Both the position numbers and the translations under genes were made by a program. From Candidatus Iainarchaeum sp. (GTDB taxonomy: Archaea > Iainarchaeota > Iainarchaeia > Iainarchaeales > DTGL01): a stretch of DNA of 52,144 nt. Shown one piece after another: positions 28,554 to 39,310 of the stretch. Location: assembly GCA_038886995.1 (NCBI GenBank), contig JAWALG010000001.1:1-52144 (forward strand), in the 5' to 3' direction. The notes under the pieces were generated by a model that saw only the letters and a program-made list of their open reading frames with translations, was not told the DNA's origin and made no database searches. Numbering within the stretch: the stretch's first letter is position 1; each line of letters opens with the position of its first letter.

Positions 28554-30728
28554 TTAGCGCACATAGCTTGGCGAAAACTCTGATGCCTTTACCTTGAAAT
28601 CCTCGTATGCCTTTTTTGTGTTTTCAGTTATTGATGGCTTTACTTTTGCTAAGGCCTTTTCAAAGTGCTTCATTGATACAAGGCACTTTTTCATCTTGTT
28701 TTCCTTTATCGCTATTAGCGTTGCTTCTCTTACAAGGTTTTCAAGGTCTGCGCCACTAAAATTTTCAGTTACCTCTGCAAGTTCCTTTATTGAAACATCT
28801 TGGGCAAGAGGCACCGCTTTTGTGTGTATCTCGAGTATCTTATTTCTTGCTTTGATGTCTGGCACAGGCACCTCGATTAGCCGATCTATGCGCCCTGGTC
28901 TTAGCAAAGCTTTGTCAACTAGGTCAGGCCTATTTGTTGCGCAGATGAAAACAACATTTTGCAGTATTTCAGTGCCATCAAGTTCCGTGAGCAGTTGATT
29001 CAAAACCCTGTTGCTAACGCCTGAGTCAAGATGTTCGCCACGCTCAGAGGCAATTGCATCTATCTCATCAAAGAATACTATTGCAGGAGCAACCTGCCTT
29101 GCTTTCCTGAATATCTTCCTTATGCCTCTTTCGCTTTCGCCAACATACATTGAAAGAAGCTCAGGGCCTTTTACTGCAATGAAGTTGGCTTCGCTTTCAC
29201 TTGCAACTGCCTTAGCTAACAATGTTTTTCCCGTGCCTGGTGGCCCATAAAGCATTATGCCTTTTGCTGGCTTTATGCCCATTTCCTTGAATAGGTCAGG
29301 ATACTTAAGAGGCCACTCAACTGCCTGCCTGAGTTCTTCCTTTACGCTTTCAAGGCCGCCAATATCACTCCACTTTACTTTGGGTATTTGCACAGCAATT
29401 TCCCTTAGAGCGCTTGGCTGTACATCTTTGAGTGCTTCCATGAAGTCCTCAGCCCTTACCTCTAAGCTCTCAAGGATTTCCGCAGGAATCTCATCTTCAT
29501 CAAGGTTTATTTTTGGCAAGTACCTGCGCAACGCTTTCATTGCTGCCTCTTTCGAAAGCGCTTCAAGGTCTGCGCCAACAAAGCCGTGAGTGATTGAAGC
29601 AAGATAGTCCAAATCAACATCTTTTGCTAAGGGCATGCCTCTTGTGTGTATCTGCAATATTTCCTTGCGCTCCATCCTGTCCGGAATGCCGAATTCTATT
29701 TCTCTATCGAATCTTCCAGGCCTTCGCAATGCTTCGTCAAGAGAATTAACTCGGTTAGTAGCAGCCATTACAATTACATTGCCTCTTGCCTCTAAGCCAT
29801 CCATCATTGCAAGAAGCTGTGCAACAACACGCCTTTCAACCTCGCCTATCACTTCATCTCTCTTAGGTGCAATAGCATCAATTTCATCTATGAAGATTAT
29901 ACTTGGTGCATTTTCCTCTGCTTCTTTGAAGATGCGCCTTATGCGCTCTTCTGCCTCGCCAACATATTTGCTCATTATGCTCGGTGCATTAACGCTTATG
30001 AAGTTCGCATTTGTTTCATTTGCAACTGCTTTCGCAAGCAATGTTTTTCCTGTGCCTGGGGGGCCATAAAGGAGCACTCCTTTCGGTGGTATTATACCTA
30101 AGCGTCTGAAAAGCTCCGGGTGTCTCATTGGCAACTCAACCATTTCCCTTATTTTCATTACTTGCTCTTTTAGCCCGCCTATGTCTTCATAAGCAACAGT
30201 CGGTATGCCTTCTGGAACTTCTTTTGCTGGTTTTTCCTTAAGAATAAATTCAGTAAGCTCAGTAACCTTTACAATGCCCCTTGGCTTTGTGCCAGTAACC
30301 TTATAGACAAAGCCAGAGCCAAATACACTTATCCAGACACTGTCGCCTTGGCATAGAGGCCTTCCGAGGAAAGTCCTCTTAAGAATCTTGTTGTAGCTTG
30401 ATGCAATGATTCTTATGCGCTGCGTTGGTGCCAGCACAACCTCTTGTGCTTCTTTGTAATCTGCAGCCCTTACTATAACTGTGTCGTTGAGGCCTATGCC
30501 TGCGTTGTGCCTTATGAAGTGATCCATCCTTATTATTTCCTTACCTTCATCTTCTGCCCTAGCAGGCCAGACAATTGCTGCTGTTGTCCTTGCGCCTTTT
30601 ATTTCAACAATGTCACCGCTGCTTATGCCAAGGGCTTCCCTAAGTTTTGAGTCCAAAGTAACTATGTTCCTGCCAACATGCGCAGGGTCTGCATCTTGAA
30701 CTCTTAACTTGAGCTCCTTTTTTTGCAT
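28554..30728 (-). CDS. cdc48: CDC48/VAT AAA+ ATPase
   Basis: N-domain plus two AAA modules (GPPGTGKT twice; RRPGRFDRE and LRPGRIDR). Confidence 0.97.
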   Translation of the reverse strand: MQKKELKLRVQDADPAHVGRNIVTLDSKLREALGISSGDIVEIKGARTTAAIVWPARAEDEGKEIIRMDHFIRHNAGIGLNDTVIVRAADYKEAQEVVLAPTQRIRIIASSYNKILKRTFLGRPLCQGDSVWISVFGSGFVYKVTGTKPRGIVKVTELTEFILKEKPAKEVPEGIPTVAYEDIGGLKEQVMKIREMVELPMRHPELFRRLGIIPPKGVLLYGPPGTGKTLLAKAVANETNANFISVNAPSIMSKYVGEAEERIRRIFKEAEENAPSIIFIDEIDAIAPKRDEVIGEVERRVVAQLLAMMDGLEARGNVIVMAATNRVNSLDEALRRPGRFDREIEFGIPDRMERKEILQIHTRGMPLAKDVDLDYLASITHGFVGADLEALSKEAAMKALRRYLPKINLDEDEIPAEILESLEVRAEDFMEALKDVQPSALREIAVQIPKVKWSDIGGLESVKEELRQAVEWPLKYPDLFKEMGIKPAKGIMLYGPPGTGKTLLAKAVASESEANFIAVKGPELLSMYVGESERGIRKIFRKARQVAPAIVFFDEIDAIASERGEHLDSGVSNRVLNQLLTELDGTEILQNVVFICATNRPDLVDKALLRPGRIDRLIEVPVPDIKARNKILEIHTKAVPLAQDVSIKELAEVTENFSGADLENLVREATLIAIKENKMKKCLVSMKHFEKALAKVKPSITENTKKAYEDFKVKASEFSPSYVR

Positions 30729-30759
30729 CTTTACACCTTTTTTACACCTTTACAAGGTC

Positions 30760-30800
30760 TTCACTAATGTTCCATTATATTCCACTAATATCCACTAATA
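30760..30800. repeat. Four tandem 10-11 bp direct repeats upstream of cdc48
   Basis: TTCACTAATG(T), TCCATTATAT, TCCACTAATA, TCCACTAATA. Confidence 0.7.
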
Positions 30801-30872
30801 TAATTGATTTAATCCTTATAAATGTTGCCTTAAAGTTCGGGAAAAAACAGCAAAAGCATCTTGACGATTTTA

Positions 30873-30929
30873 AAAACAAAAATAAGAAAAATAAAAATAA
30901 GATAAGGAGAGGTGCAAAAAGCACCTTCC
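30873..30929 (-). terminator. Hairpin plus long U-rich tract downstream of the probable major pilin
   Basis: GGAGAGGTGC-AAAAA-GCACCTTCC (30906-30929), followed on the minus strand by a T-rich run. Confidence 0.6.
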
Positions 30930-30980
30930 AATTCACAACAGACCAATTTATCTTGCCATTAGTTGCCCGTTAGCCAGATG

Positions 30981-31439
30981 TTAGCCGCATGTTCCGACTA
31001 TTGGCTTTGCACCGACTAGCTTCTTATCATAGGTACTGCCTTCAATTCTATACGTTATTATAAGAGGGTACTGATAGCCTGATCCTGCATTACACCCTAA
31101 ACCTGAAAAAGTCAGTGATGAAAGAGTTTTTGATTCACCTGCATTTAAAACCAGATCATTCGCTGATGCTACCTTGCCATTTAGGTTGATATCTATAACA
31201 GTTATTTTTTCAGTACCTACATTCTTAAGTGTAAAGTTGCCCGTATTACCACCGATCTGCCAGTCCGTTACTGCTATTGGTGAAGTTCCTTGCCAATAGG
31301 CCTTGCTCTGTTGTTCTGTTATGGCTCCGCCAAGGCCTGGGAACCAGCCCATCACTCCTGCAACAACAAGTGCAATTATTATTATTACAGCCAAAATAAT
31401 CAAATACTCGGTTGTTCCTTGTCCTCTATTTTTCATCAC
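30981..31439 (-). CDS. Stand-alone class III signal peptide pilin, probable major pilin
   Basis: KNRG|QGTTEYLIILAVIIIIALVV; strong GGAGGT RBS; own terminator. Confidence 0.85.
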   Translation of the reverse strand: MMKNRGQGTTEYLIILAVIIIIALVVAGVMGWFPGLGGAITEQQSKAYWQGTSPIAVTDWQIGGNTGNFTLKNVGTEKITVIDINLNGKVASANDLVLNAGESKTLSSLTFSGLGCNAGSGYQYPLIITYRIEGSTYDKKLVGAKPIVGTCG

Positions 31440-31589
31440 ATTACCTCCTTACAGTATTGTTTAAGTAATATTTATTGATACACCGGAGTTTAAAATACTT
31501 ACTTTTTGCCAAATTGGTTTAAATCAGGCCTTTAAACGCTTTGTTTTTATTGATAATCAGCAAAAATATAGGTAGCAACCGGTGTCCTT

Positions 31590-32396
31590 ATGGAGATTGA
31601 ACTTAACCTTGATGAAAGCATTCACAAGAACATTGGCAACTATTTTGAGAAGGCAAAAAAGGCAGAAGCGAAGGCAAAAAAAATCAGGGACGCAATGAAA
31701 GTCGTTGAGCAAAAGATTAAAGAGCTTGAAAGCAAAAAGCAATCTGAAGAGAAAAAGCTTCCTGTTGTGAAAAGACCTCGTGCATGGTACGAAAAATTCC
31801 GTTGGTTTTTCTCAAGTGAGGGCTTCTTGGTATTAGCAGGCAGGGATGCCGCCACAAATGAGATCTTGGTCAGCAAGCACATGAATCCAGAAGATTTGTA
31901 TTTCCATGCAGATATTTATGGCGCAGCACATTGTGTTCTTAAAACTGAAGGTAAAAAACCTGGAGAAAATACTATGCAAGAGGCAGCAGTTTTTGCAGCA
32001 GTTTGTAGCAAGGCCTGGCCTCAAGGATTGGCAGCAGTAGATGTATACTCTGTGAAACCAGAACAGGTTTCAAAAAAAGCACCTAGTGGCGAGGCACTTG
32101 GTTTCGGCGCATACATGATTTACGGAAAAAGGAACTGGTTCAAGAACACGCCTTTAAAATTTTCAATAGGAATAGAAAAGGCGGGTGATTATTACAGGGT
32201 AATTTCAGGGCCACCTGAAGCTATAGAAAAAAAAGCAATAGTTTTTTTCAGTGTTTTTCAAGGCAAAAAGAAAAAAAGCGAAGTAGCAAAGCAGCTCAAG
32301 GCTGCCTTTGAAAAACACGCAGAGTGCCAGATAAGCATTGATGAGATAATGCAAATGCTGCCAGCAGACAATGTTGAAATCCAAAAAAGCGAATGA
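31590..32396 (+). CDS. NFACT-R (DUF814) domain protein; short Rqc2-like, lacking NFACT-N
   Basis: N..YFEKAKK coiled coil, WYEKFRWFFSSEGFLVLAGRDA..NE, YFHADIYGA, QVSKKAPSGE..GAYMIYGKRN. Confidence 0.88.
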   Translation: MEIELNLDESIHKNIGNYFEKAKKAEAKAKKIRDAMKVVEQKIKELESKKQSEEKKLPVVKRPRAWYEKFRWFFSSEGFLVLAGRDAATNEILVSKHMNPEDLYFHADIYGAAHCVLKTEGKKPGENTMQEAAVFAAVCSKAWPQGLAAVDVYSVKPEQVSKKAPSGEALGFGAYMIYGKRNWFKNTPLKFSIGIEKAGDYYRVISGPPEAIEKKAIVFFSVFQGKKKKSEVAKQLKAAFEKHAECQISIDEIMQMLPADNVEIQKSE

Positions 32397-32447
32397 AAAG
32401 CTTAGATAAGATTATAAAGCAGTTTAAATAATATATTCTTGGTGAAT

Positions 32448-32768
32448 ATGATACTGCTGTATGCATTTGTGGTTCTTCTTTATATCTTGGCATTTGCCAT
32501 AACACTTGCAATATGCAAAAAGCTATATGGCGGTGGCTTTTCAATGGCCTTGCCATACCTTATATCTGCAGTAGGCCTGTTCGCGGTTGTAAACATAATA
32601 AAGCTATTTGCAAGCGTCAATGGAGTTCCTTACAACATAACTGATGCACCTGACCTTTGGGTCAGCATAGAGATAGTTTATATTCTTGCAGGCGTAATGT
32701 TTGTCTCAATGCTCTACCAGTTTTATCACACCAGCTATGTAACACGCGGCTGGGAGGAATGTAAATGA
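32448..32768 (+). CDS. Small 3-TM membrane protein
   Basis: GGTGA RBS; three hydrophobic helices; first gene of a three-gene operon. Confidence 0.7.
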   Translation: MILLYAFVVLLYILAFAITLAICKKLYGGGFSMALPYLISAVGLFAVVNIIKLFASVNGVPYNITDAPDLWVSIEIVYILAGVMFVSMLYQFYHTSYVTRGWEECK

Positions 32769-33079
32769 TTGAGCCAATGTTCTTTTCTCTAATAGCTGGC
32801 ATAAAACTTGGAATTTTCCTAATAGCTTTTTTCCACTCAATAATAGTTGCTAGGTTTGCGAAGCTAAAGGAGTTGGAACTTTTCATATCAGTGAGCTTAA
32901 TCTATGTCTCAATTGCAGCAATAGAAGTTGTATACATTTACCAGCATTTTGGAAAAATACCCAATGCAATTCCTGAGCAGTTTGTAATTTACAGCGGCCT
33001 TTTTCTTGACGCTATAGCAGCCATAGGCATAATATGGACTCTCCTGTGGATAAACAGGGATATAAAGAAGTGGAAGTAA
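32765..33079 (+). CDS. Small 3-TM membrane protein
   Basis: Overlaps the upstream stop; GGAGG RBS; hydrophobic helices. Confidence 0.7.
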   Translation: MIEPMFFSLIAGIKLGIFLIAFFHSIIVARFAKLKELELFISVSLIYVSIAAIEVVYIYQHFGKIPNAIPEQFVIYSGLFLDAIAAIGIIWTLLWINRDIKKWK

Positions 33080-33082
33080 GTC

Positions 33083-33637
33083 GTGGTTTTGGTGGCAAAA
33101 AAGATCGACTTTGCTTCAATAGCCGAGGACCAAATAACCCTTTTCATAGTGCCAGCCAAGGACTATGTTGAGGTTGACAATGAGCTTCTTCATTATTTCA
33201 TAAATGTTAAGAAGATGGGCTGCATATATGTTGCTGCAAACAAACCGGCACAGCTTGTAAATAAAATACTAGAGAATGCAAAGGTAAACACTGAAAAGAT
33301 ATGGTACATTGATTGTGTCTCAGGAAGGGTTTCTTCGCCACACAGGATTGAAAAAGTTATTTTTCTTGAAACACCGAGGGACCTAACAAACATGAGCATT
33401 GCAATAACAAATTTTGTAAAGAACATGCCTGAAAAAAGCAAGATGCTTTTCATAGACAGCTTGACAACGCTAACAATCCATAACGACATAAACACTATTG
33501 CTAAGTTTACCCATTTCATAATAAACCAAGCAAGGAACTGGGGCGTATCAATGGCCCTGATATCAATTGAAGAAGAGGCAGAAGCAGAGCTTATAAACAA
33601 GATATCCATAATTGTGGATAAAGTTGTAAAGCTTTAA
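33083..33637 (+). CDS. Inactivated KaiC/RecA-fold protein (DUF835-like)
   Basis: CIYVAAN, WYIDCVS, LFIDSLTTL and IVDKVV strands of the RecA/KaiC fold; no Walker A. Confidence 0.7.
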   Translation: MVLVAKKIDFASIAEDQITLFIVPAKDYVEVDNELLHYFINVKKMGCIYVAANKPAQLVNKILENAKVNTEKIWYIDCVSGRVSSPHRIEKVIFLETPRDLTNMSIAITNFVKNMPEKSKMLFIDSLTTLTIHNDINTIAKFTHFIINQARNWGVSMALISIEEEAEAELINKISIIVDKVVKL

Positions 33638-34686
33638 TAAGATGCTAAAAGAATTCCTCTAAGGAAAATCCTCGCGAAGAAGAAAATCACTGCAGAAACG
33701 AGGAATATTGCTGGAAAATATTTAAGGCCGAATTTTGCTTTGCCTCTGGAGATTACTCCCATAAACGCGCTCGCAAATAGAGAATTTCCAAAAAGGAGCA
33801 AATATGCTGCAATGCTCATGAAAGCCGGGTCTATGCTTATGCCCGAAGACAAGAAACCGAGGTTGAACGATCCGCTTGTGTCCCTTGCAATATCTGCTTG
33901 CATATTCGAAAGAAGCTCTAGGAAAATAACTGAAACAGAAAGAAGCACCGGTGTCATTATTACAACAATGAAAAGAAGAAACATCTCATACATCTTGGTG
34001 CCTGATATTAGCGCTTTTTTAAGTTCTTGTGTTTGCCTCATGTCTTCTGCTGATGTCTCAAGAAGCTCAGCAATTTTGCCTCCAGCACGCATTGACTGTA
34101 TCATGAAAGGCACCATTTGCTTAAGGTTTTCTGAGTCAATACTTTCAGAAAGGGCTTTAAGCGACTCTGTAAATGATTCTGTGCCAAGGGATTTTGATGT
34201 AGCAATCTTAATCTCCTCAGCCAAAGGACCAAATTCTTCCCTTGCAGCGCTCCTGAAAGCAAAGAAAGGAACCATGCCTGCTCTTATGTTGTTTGAAACT
34301 AAAAGCATGAAATCGGGCAAAATCTTGTCAACGAGGTTTGCCCTTGAGTCAATCTTATAATAGAGCATAAGCTGGTATATAACTGCTATGACACAAAATG
34401 AAATTATGCCAACGAGGAGAGCAGTTAGGTAAATAAGCCCGGTTGGAAACAATGATGAAAAAAGACCACTAAAAACAGTTAGGGGCAAAAGGAAAAACAA
34501 AATTGATAAAAGTATTGCAAGGAGAAGCTTTCGCCCAATATATAGATCAAAATCGCCTTTTATTCCGGCATAAGTTAGCATCTGGTACAAAACCCTTTGC
34601 CTTATTTTTGTGGGAACTGCTCTGCTTAGCCCTAAGCAAACCCTTCTATAGAAGCGTTCAATTGACTTGGAAAGACTCCCGTTCAA
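33634..34686 (-). CDS. TadC-like (T2SS-F) platform protein, system 2
   Basis: LPDFMLLVSNNIRAG, FGPLAEEI, GGKIAELLE. Confidence 0.9.
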   Translation of the reverse strand: MNGSLSKSIERFYRRVCLGLSRAVPTKIRQRVLYQMLTYAGIKGDFDLYIGRKLLLAILLSILFFLLPLTVFSGLFSSLFPTGLIYLTALLVGIISFCVIAVIYQLMLYYKIDSRANLVDKILPDFMLLVSNNIRAGMVPFFAFRSAAREEFGPLAEEIKIATSKSLGTESFTESLKALSESIDSENLKQMVPFMIQSMRAGGKIAELLETSAEDMRQTQELKKALISGTKMYEMFLLFIVVIMTPVLLSVSVIFLELLSNMQADIARDTSGSFNLGFLSSGISIDPAFMSIAAYLLLFGNSLFASAFMGVISRGKAKFGLKYFPAIFLVSAVIFFFARIFLRGILLASY

Positions 34687-35573
34687 GTCAAAAACACCTT
34701 CGGAACTCGGCTTTTAACAAAGCCGATTATTGATAGCTGTATTGCAAATGAAAGCACTACTATAAATAAAATTGTTGCAGGACCTATTGATGCACCTGCA
34801 AGTGAAGAAAGTATGACGATAAATGTAATGCCTAAGCTTGGTATGGCTGCTGCAAAAAGCATATACATCAAAACCCACACATTGAGTTCTGCGGAATAAT
34901 CCCTTATAGCCCTTTCTTGCTCTTTCACAAGCATTGCTACAATTGACTGCAAAGCACCTTTAACAGAGGCACCGCTTCTTATGGCGCTCAGCAACTGCCA
35001 GCAGGTCTTTTTTAGATGCTCAGAGCTTGTCTTTATTGCCATCTTTTCAAGGGCTTTTGCTTCTGATTCGCCAGCATTTATCTCCTTTACAACATACTCA
35101 AATTCTTCCGAAACACCAGCATAGCCTGACTTAGCAACATAAACTAAGGTATTGTAGAGGCTTATGCCAGAGCAAACCTGGACATACATTGATTTTACCG
35201 CAAAGAGGAGGTTATTATCTATGGTCCTTGCTCGGTTATTCGCTATTATGCGCGGATAAAAAACATGCAACAGAAAGAACACAACGCCAAATATTAGACC
35301 AAAGAAAAGTGCACTAACAAGTACTGAAGCATCAAATTGCAGGGATCTTAAAAATAAAAGCGTAGCAAACAAGGCAAAAAAAAGCGCAAAGTATGCAAGC
35401 GCTGAAAAAAAAGCAGCAGTAAGGTATTTTTCTGGGTCAATTTTTATGCCAGCTAGGTGCAAATCATATTTAAGCGGATAGAATAAGTCACTCAGCTTTT
35501 CACCAATCCAAAGAAAACGCCTATTGATCCTGTTTGCGCGTTCAATTGAGAAAAGCATGAACTTTACGCGCAT
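34683..35573 (-). CDS. TadB/C-like (T2SS-F) platform protein, system 2
   Basis: SGISLY, YAGVSEEF..INAGESE..AL, AIRSGA. Confidence 0.88.
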   Translation of the reverse strand: MRVKFMLFSIERANRINRRFLWIGEKLSDLFYPLKYDLHLAGIKIDPEKYLTAAFFSALAYFALFFALFATLLFLRSLQFDASVLVSALFFGLIFGVVFFLLHVFYPRIIANNRARTIDNNLLFAVKSMYVQVCSGISLYNTLVYVAKSGYAGVSEEFEYVVKEINAGESEAKALEKMAIKTSSEHLKKTCWQLLSAIRSGASVKGALQSIVAMLVKEQERAIRDYSAELNVWVLMYMLFAAAIPSLGITFIVILSSLAGASIGPATILFIVVLSFAIQLSIIGFVKSRVPKVFLT

Positions 35574-35574
35574 C

Positions 35575-37482
35575 TTATGCCTCCAAAAACATTGCTGGCT
35601 TTTTATTCTGCTTTGCTGCCTCTAAAACCTCATCTGGATTGGCGTAAAATGCCTTCATTATGCTGCCAACCTGGTTTATATCGCTTACGTTGTTGTTAAG
35701 CATCCACTCTATGATGTGGGCCCTACCATCAAGGTCTTCGGCAATTTCCTGTTCAGTGAGGCCTGTGTGCAGATTAATGTTCCCAACAAGCTTAGTTGGC
35801 TTGTTGAGCATATCCCACTTATCAGTCCTTGGAGACCATTTGAATACAGTGTTTATTCGCAACTGTGCTCCTGTTGTTCCTGTCTCAATCTCGCAGATTT
35901 CATAGCTACGCCTTCTGTTCGTTTTCCTATCCCTGTACTGCACTAGTATGAGATCAAGACCTTCAACCTCTAGCGGAGGCAATGATATTGGTGGCTCCAG
36001 CAGGCGTCTTAAAACCTGTTGGCCTGAGTTTGCGTGCAGCGTACTGTATACGCTGTGGCCTGTGTGCAACGCTTCAAACAATACCTCTGCTTCTTTCTTC
36101 TTTCTTATCTCACCAAGGATTATTCTGTCAGGCCTCATCCTAAGTGAAGCATGCATAAGGTCAAGCATTTTAACCTCGCCAAGGCCTTCAGGGTTTGGGT
36201 TCCTTGTTGTCATTGGCACCCAGTTCCACTGAAGGTGGCTTGGAAGCATTATTTCGCGCACATCTTCTATTGAAATGATTCTGTGGTAGGGTGGCATGAA
36301 AACGCACAAGGCATTTAGCATTGCGGTTTTTCCTGAAGCCGTGCCGCCTGCAACAAGCATGCTCATTTCGTATTGCATTGCAAGCCAGAGCAAAGAGGCC
36401 ATCTCTATGCTAAGCGTATGCCTTACGCCAATTAAATCAACAATTGTCCAAGGCCTTCTTGCAAAGCGCCTTATTGTTAAGGTGTTTCCAAAGGAAGATA
36501 TTGGGAATAGAGAGGCATGGACCCTGTCGCCAGTAATTATGTGGGCATCGAGCAGCGGATTGAGCGTTGTTATCTCTCTGCCAACTTTCCTTGCAATTTG
36601 TGAAGCATAGTTTGCTATTGCATCCTCAGAAAGAGGCATTATATTTGTTCTCATCCAGCCGTATTCCTTGTGGTAAACAGTAATGTGCGTTTTAGAGGAA
36701 TTTATTGCTACTTCTTCAAGGTCATTATCACCCATTATTAGTTCAATTATGCCAAGGCCATACATTTCATGTAGAAGCAGCCCTGCAAGGATATCCTGAA
36801 GTTTAGGGTCTGAGCCGAAATACTCCTGAAGGACCTTTTTGGCCTCATCAAAGTATCTTCTCTTGAGCTCTTGGCTTTTCTTAGTATCGGTTATTTCTGA
36901 AACCTCAACAGGCACGTGCTCAACAATTTTGTTCTTTATTTCATCAAGGAATATTTTAGTATAAGGCCTAAAGGTTGGCGGAATCAGGTTGTAGTAAAGC
37001 ATTCGGTCCTCTGTGGAGCGAACAATTTCAACACGCACTGGCACATTATCAACTGAATGTTTTTTTTGCTCAACTTTCTTGCCATCAAAAACAAAGAGTT
37101 TTGGTTCTGTAATAAGGGTAAGAAGCACGACCCTCGGGCGCTTGATGACTGTTGTGGGGTAAACAAGCTTTACAACGCTTGACATCTCAAGGATCCTGCC
37201 TATGTTTTCTACGGCATCTATGCTGAGACCAAGCTTGCTAGCGAGCTCATTCAAGGACGCGCTTTTCTTCACCTTGAGTATATCTACTAGAGAGTCAACT
37301 GGCGTAGTTATTGGGTCTCTTAAGTCGTCATAGTCATTTTGCTTTTTCTCTTTTTCTTCAGTTTGGTGCTTTGGGCTATAATAATGCTCTTCTTCCGCAT
37401 TTGGTTCTTCCTTAGGCCTAAGTGGAAGAACAATACTTTGGCCTTCTTCTGAAGCTTTTACTATTTTGCTCTTTTTCTTCAC
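35575..37482 (-). CDS. CpaF/TadA-like secretion ATPase with N-terminal wHTH-like extension, system 2
   Basis: GGTASGKT, ISIEDVRE, LRMRPDRIILGEIR, HTGHSVYSTLHAN. Confidence 0.94.
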   Translation of the reverse strand: MKKKSKIVKASEEGQSIVLPLRPKEEPNAEEEHYYSPKHQTEEKEKKQNDYDDLRDPITTPVDSLVDILKVKKSASLNELASKLGLSIDAVENIGRILEMSSVVKLVYPTTVIKRPRVVLLTLITEPKLFVFDGKKVEQKKHSVDNVPVRVEIVRSTEDRMLYYNLIPPTFRPYTKIFLDEIKNKIVEHVPVEVSEITDTKKSQELKRRYFDEAKKVLQEYFGSDPKLQDILAGLLLHEMYGLGIIELIMGDNDLEEVAINSSKTHITVYHKEYGWMRTNIMPLSEDAIANYASQIARKVGREITTLNPLLDAHIITGDRVHASLFPISSFGNTLTIRRFARRPWTIVDLIGVRHTLSIEMASLLWLAMQYEMSMLVAGGTASGKTAMLNALCVFMPPYHRIISIEDVREIMLPSHLQWNWVPMTTRNPNPEGLGEVKMLDLMHASLRMRPDRIILGEIRKKKEAEVLFEALHTGHSVYSTLHANSGQQVLRRLLEPPISLPPLEVEGLDLILVQYRDRKTNRRRSYEICEIETGTTGAQLRINTVFKWSPRTDKWDMLNKPTKLVGNINLHTGLTEQEIAEDLDGRAHIIEWMLNNNVSDINQVGSIMKAFYANPDEVLEAAKQNKKPAMFLEA

Positions 37483-37526
37483 TTAAAACACCTTTAGTCA
37501 ATATATCTCATACCATATTAATAAAC

Positions 37527-38372
37527 TTATCCGCTGAAAAGCGTAACTTCAGAAGACCATTTCGAGTTGCCCATAGCAATGTTGAGATCGCAAGGCCAAT
37601 ATATTCTGACTGGGTTTGTGGCTTTTATAGAAGCACTAAGGTTTAAGTCCAAATTCCTTTCAGATAAGTTGTTTTGGACTCTTATTGCACCAGTCCCCCC
37701 AGCAATGCTTCCGAAAGAAACATTAATGTCTCCGCTTAAATCCTTGAATTTTATAATGTATTCTTTGTCATCAGAATTTGATGCATTGCAAACAGTTTCA
37801 AGAGGAAGTCCGCTGGCATCTCTCAACCTCAAAATAATCTTTGTAGTGCCCAGGTCACAGCTCCACTCAATCGAATTTTCATCATCATAATAACCACCAG
37901 AGAAATAAAGATTTATGTCATAAGAGTAAGCTTCAGTATCAGATGATGGGGCATAAAATAGAACATAGTTTTCATCAATGCTGCGCACGTATCTGATTCC
38001 ATTTGAAAATTGTAGCTCAGTGGAAGGAGTTAAGTTGCACATGGAAATTTTAACATTTCTCTTTTCGGAGTATGGCCCTTCAATGAATCCCTTCCAGGAG
38101 CTTATATTGCTGTGTGAGGTCTTTATTGGAATTGAATCTTGTATTTTTATCTCATAAGAGTTTGCAGAGCTTTCAGCAGATATTCTAAAGCCAAAGACGC
38201 TTTTTGTGTCTTCAGCAATATCTGAAGCAATGTCAGAAACCTTTAATGCAGATGTGCTCTCTAAAATAAGCTTTTGTTCTGCCTGGTTTGACCTTAAATA
38301 ATATACTGATGCGATTAGAAGCACTGAAAGCAGTATTGCAACTGAAATCGTAACAACAAAGCCCTTTTTCAA
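37527..38372 (-). CDS. Class III signal peptide minor pilin (cassette B)
   Basis: MKKG|FVVTISVAILLSVLL; 6 D-x-N. Confidence 0.8.
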   Translation of the reverse strand: MKKGFVVTISVAILLSVLLIASVYYLRSNQAEQKLILESTSALKVSDIASDIAEDTKSVFGFRISAESSANSYEIKIQDSIPIKTSHSNISSWKGFIEGPYSEKRNVKISMCNLTPSTELQFSNGIRYVRSIDENYVLFYAPSSDTEAYSYDINLYFSGGYYDDENSIEWSCDLGTTKIILRLRDASGLPLETVCNASNSDDKEYIIKFKDLSGDINVSFGSIAGGTGAIRVQNNLSERNLDLNLSASIKATNPVRIYWPCDLNIAMGNSKWSSEVTLFSG

Positions 38373-38378
38373 AAAAAA

Positions 38379-38792
38379 TCACCTGTACCAGGCAAGTACC
38401 TCTGCAAGGTATGCCTTTCCTGTTTTATTGGAGAAGAAGCTCCTCTTGTATGAGGCCCTCTCAGTATACTTTGAAATGCAGCCAACCTTGTATGTGCTAA
38501 AAAGCACACCGTTGATGTCTTCAGAGCTATAAATCCTGATTTCAAGGCAAAGCCTCCGCGGAGAAACATTAATTATTGTACTAAGCTCAGTCATTTCATT
38601 TTCATCAATTGCTCTTTCGAAATAGCCGCCTTTTTCAAGAGCTGCCCCTATGTCGGAAGCGAAGTCGTAAAGTGCAGCGCTTTGGAAAGCGCTGAAGCTT
38701 ATGCCTGAGAAATAAAATGTAACTATGCCGAGAAGAATCATTAGGACAGTAAGAGAGAACAATGCGTCCATTGAAAGTACAAAGCCCTTCAC
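38379..38792 (-). CDS. Class III signal peptide minor pilin (cassette B)
   Basis: MKG|FVLSMDALFSLTVLMILL. Confidence 0.82.
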   Translation of the reverse strand: MKGFVLSMDALFSLTVLMILLGIVTFYFSGISFSAFQSAALYDFASDIGAALEKGGYFERAIDENEMTELSTIINVSPRRLCLEIRIYSSEDINGVLFSTYKVGCISKYTERASYKRSFFSNKTGKAYLAEVLAWYR

Positions 38793-39310
38793 TCAAAAAC
38801 CCCCACATCCACAAAGACAACAGCATTGTTCAAAAGGCCTGCCCTACTGACCTTTGCAATCGCGGATTCCTGCGTTTCTGAAGCACCAATAGAATAAAGA
38901 GTGCTGCCTGAAGTATCAGTAACCTTAAGCACAATATCGTATTTTTGCAATCCGAGAATTTCTTTTAGAAAAGCATAATTCTCATCAGCAAGCTTTTCAA
39001 AGCGTTTTATTTTTTCTTCTGATAGGACGTTCGGTTCTAAAGCTAGGCCTATTGCCTTGATGTTTTCATCTGGTAGTGTGTGCCAATTACTTGGAATTCC
39101 TTCGGAGACAACAAGCATTTGCGCTGTTCGCCTTGCAGCATATTCTCTGTCTTGAATTAGTTGGGCTTCATTGATGCGCATAGAAGCCAAGTTTGAATAA
39201 CCGTAAACAATTACAAGCGCTGCCACAAACATTGCGGAAGCGAAGATAAAGTCGCTAGTGAAAAGCTGGCCTTTTTCACTGTGCGGCGGCAATTGAAATT
39301 CCTCCGCCAC
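38789..39310 (-). CDS. Class III signal peptide minor pilin (cassette B)
   Basis: EKG|QLFTSDFIFASAMF; SEGIPSNW..IGLA motif. Confidence 0.82.
   Translation of the reverse strand: MAEEFQLPPHSEKGQLFTSDFIFASAMFVAALVIVYGYSNLASMRINEAQLIQDREYAARRTAQMLVVSEGIPSNWHTLPDENIKAIGLALEPNVLSEEKIKRFEKLADENYAFLKEILGLQKYDIVLKVTDTSGSTLYSIGASETQESAIAKVSRAGLLNNAVVFVDVGVFE

Noticed and set aside
28594-30650. Multiple long antisense ORFs (also opposite lonB, pheST, topA and the ATPases)
   Set aside because: Shadow frames of strongly conserved genes, with no motifs.
30760-30800. CRISPR array
   Set aside because: The units are 10 bp with no spacers, and there are no cas genes.
30767-30973. 68-aa plus-strand ORF
   Set aside because: Spans the cdc48 promoter repeats and the pilin terminator; low complexity, no RBS.
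33634-37482. Conjugative type IV secretion system
   Set aside because: No VirB4, coupling protein or relaxase seen; TadC-like genes and prepilins indicate a pilus.
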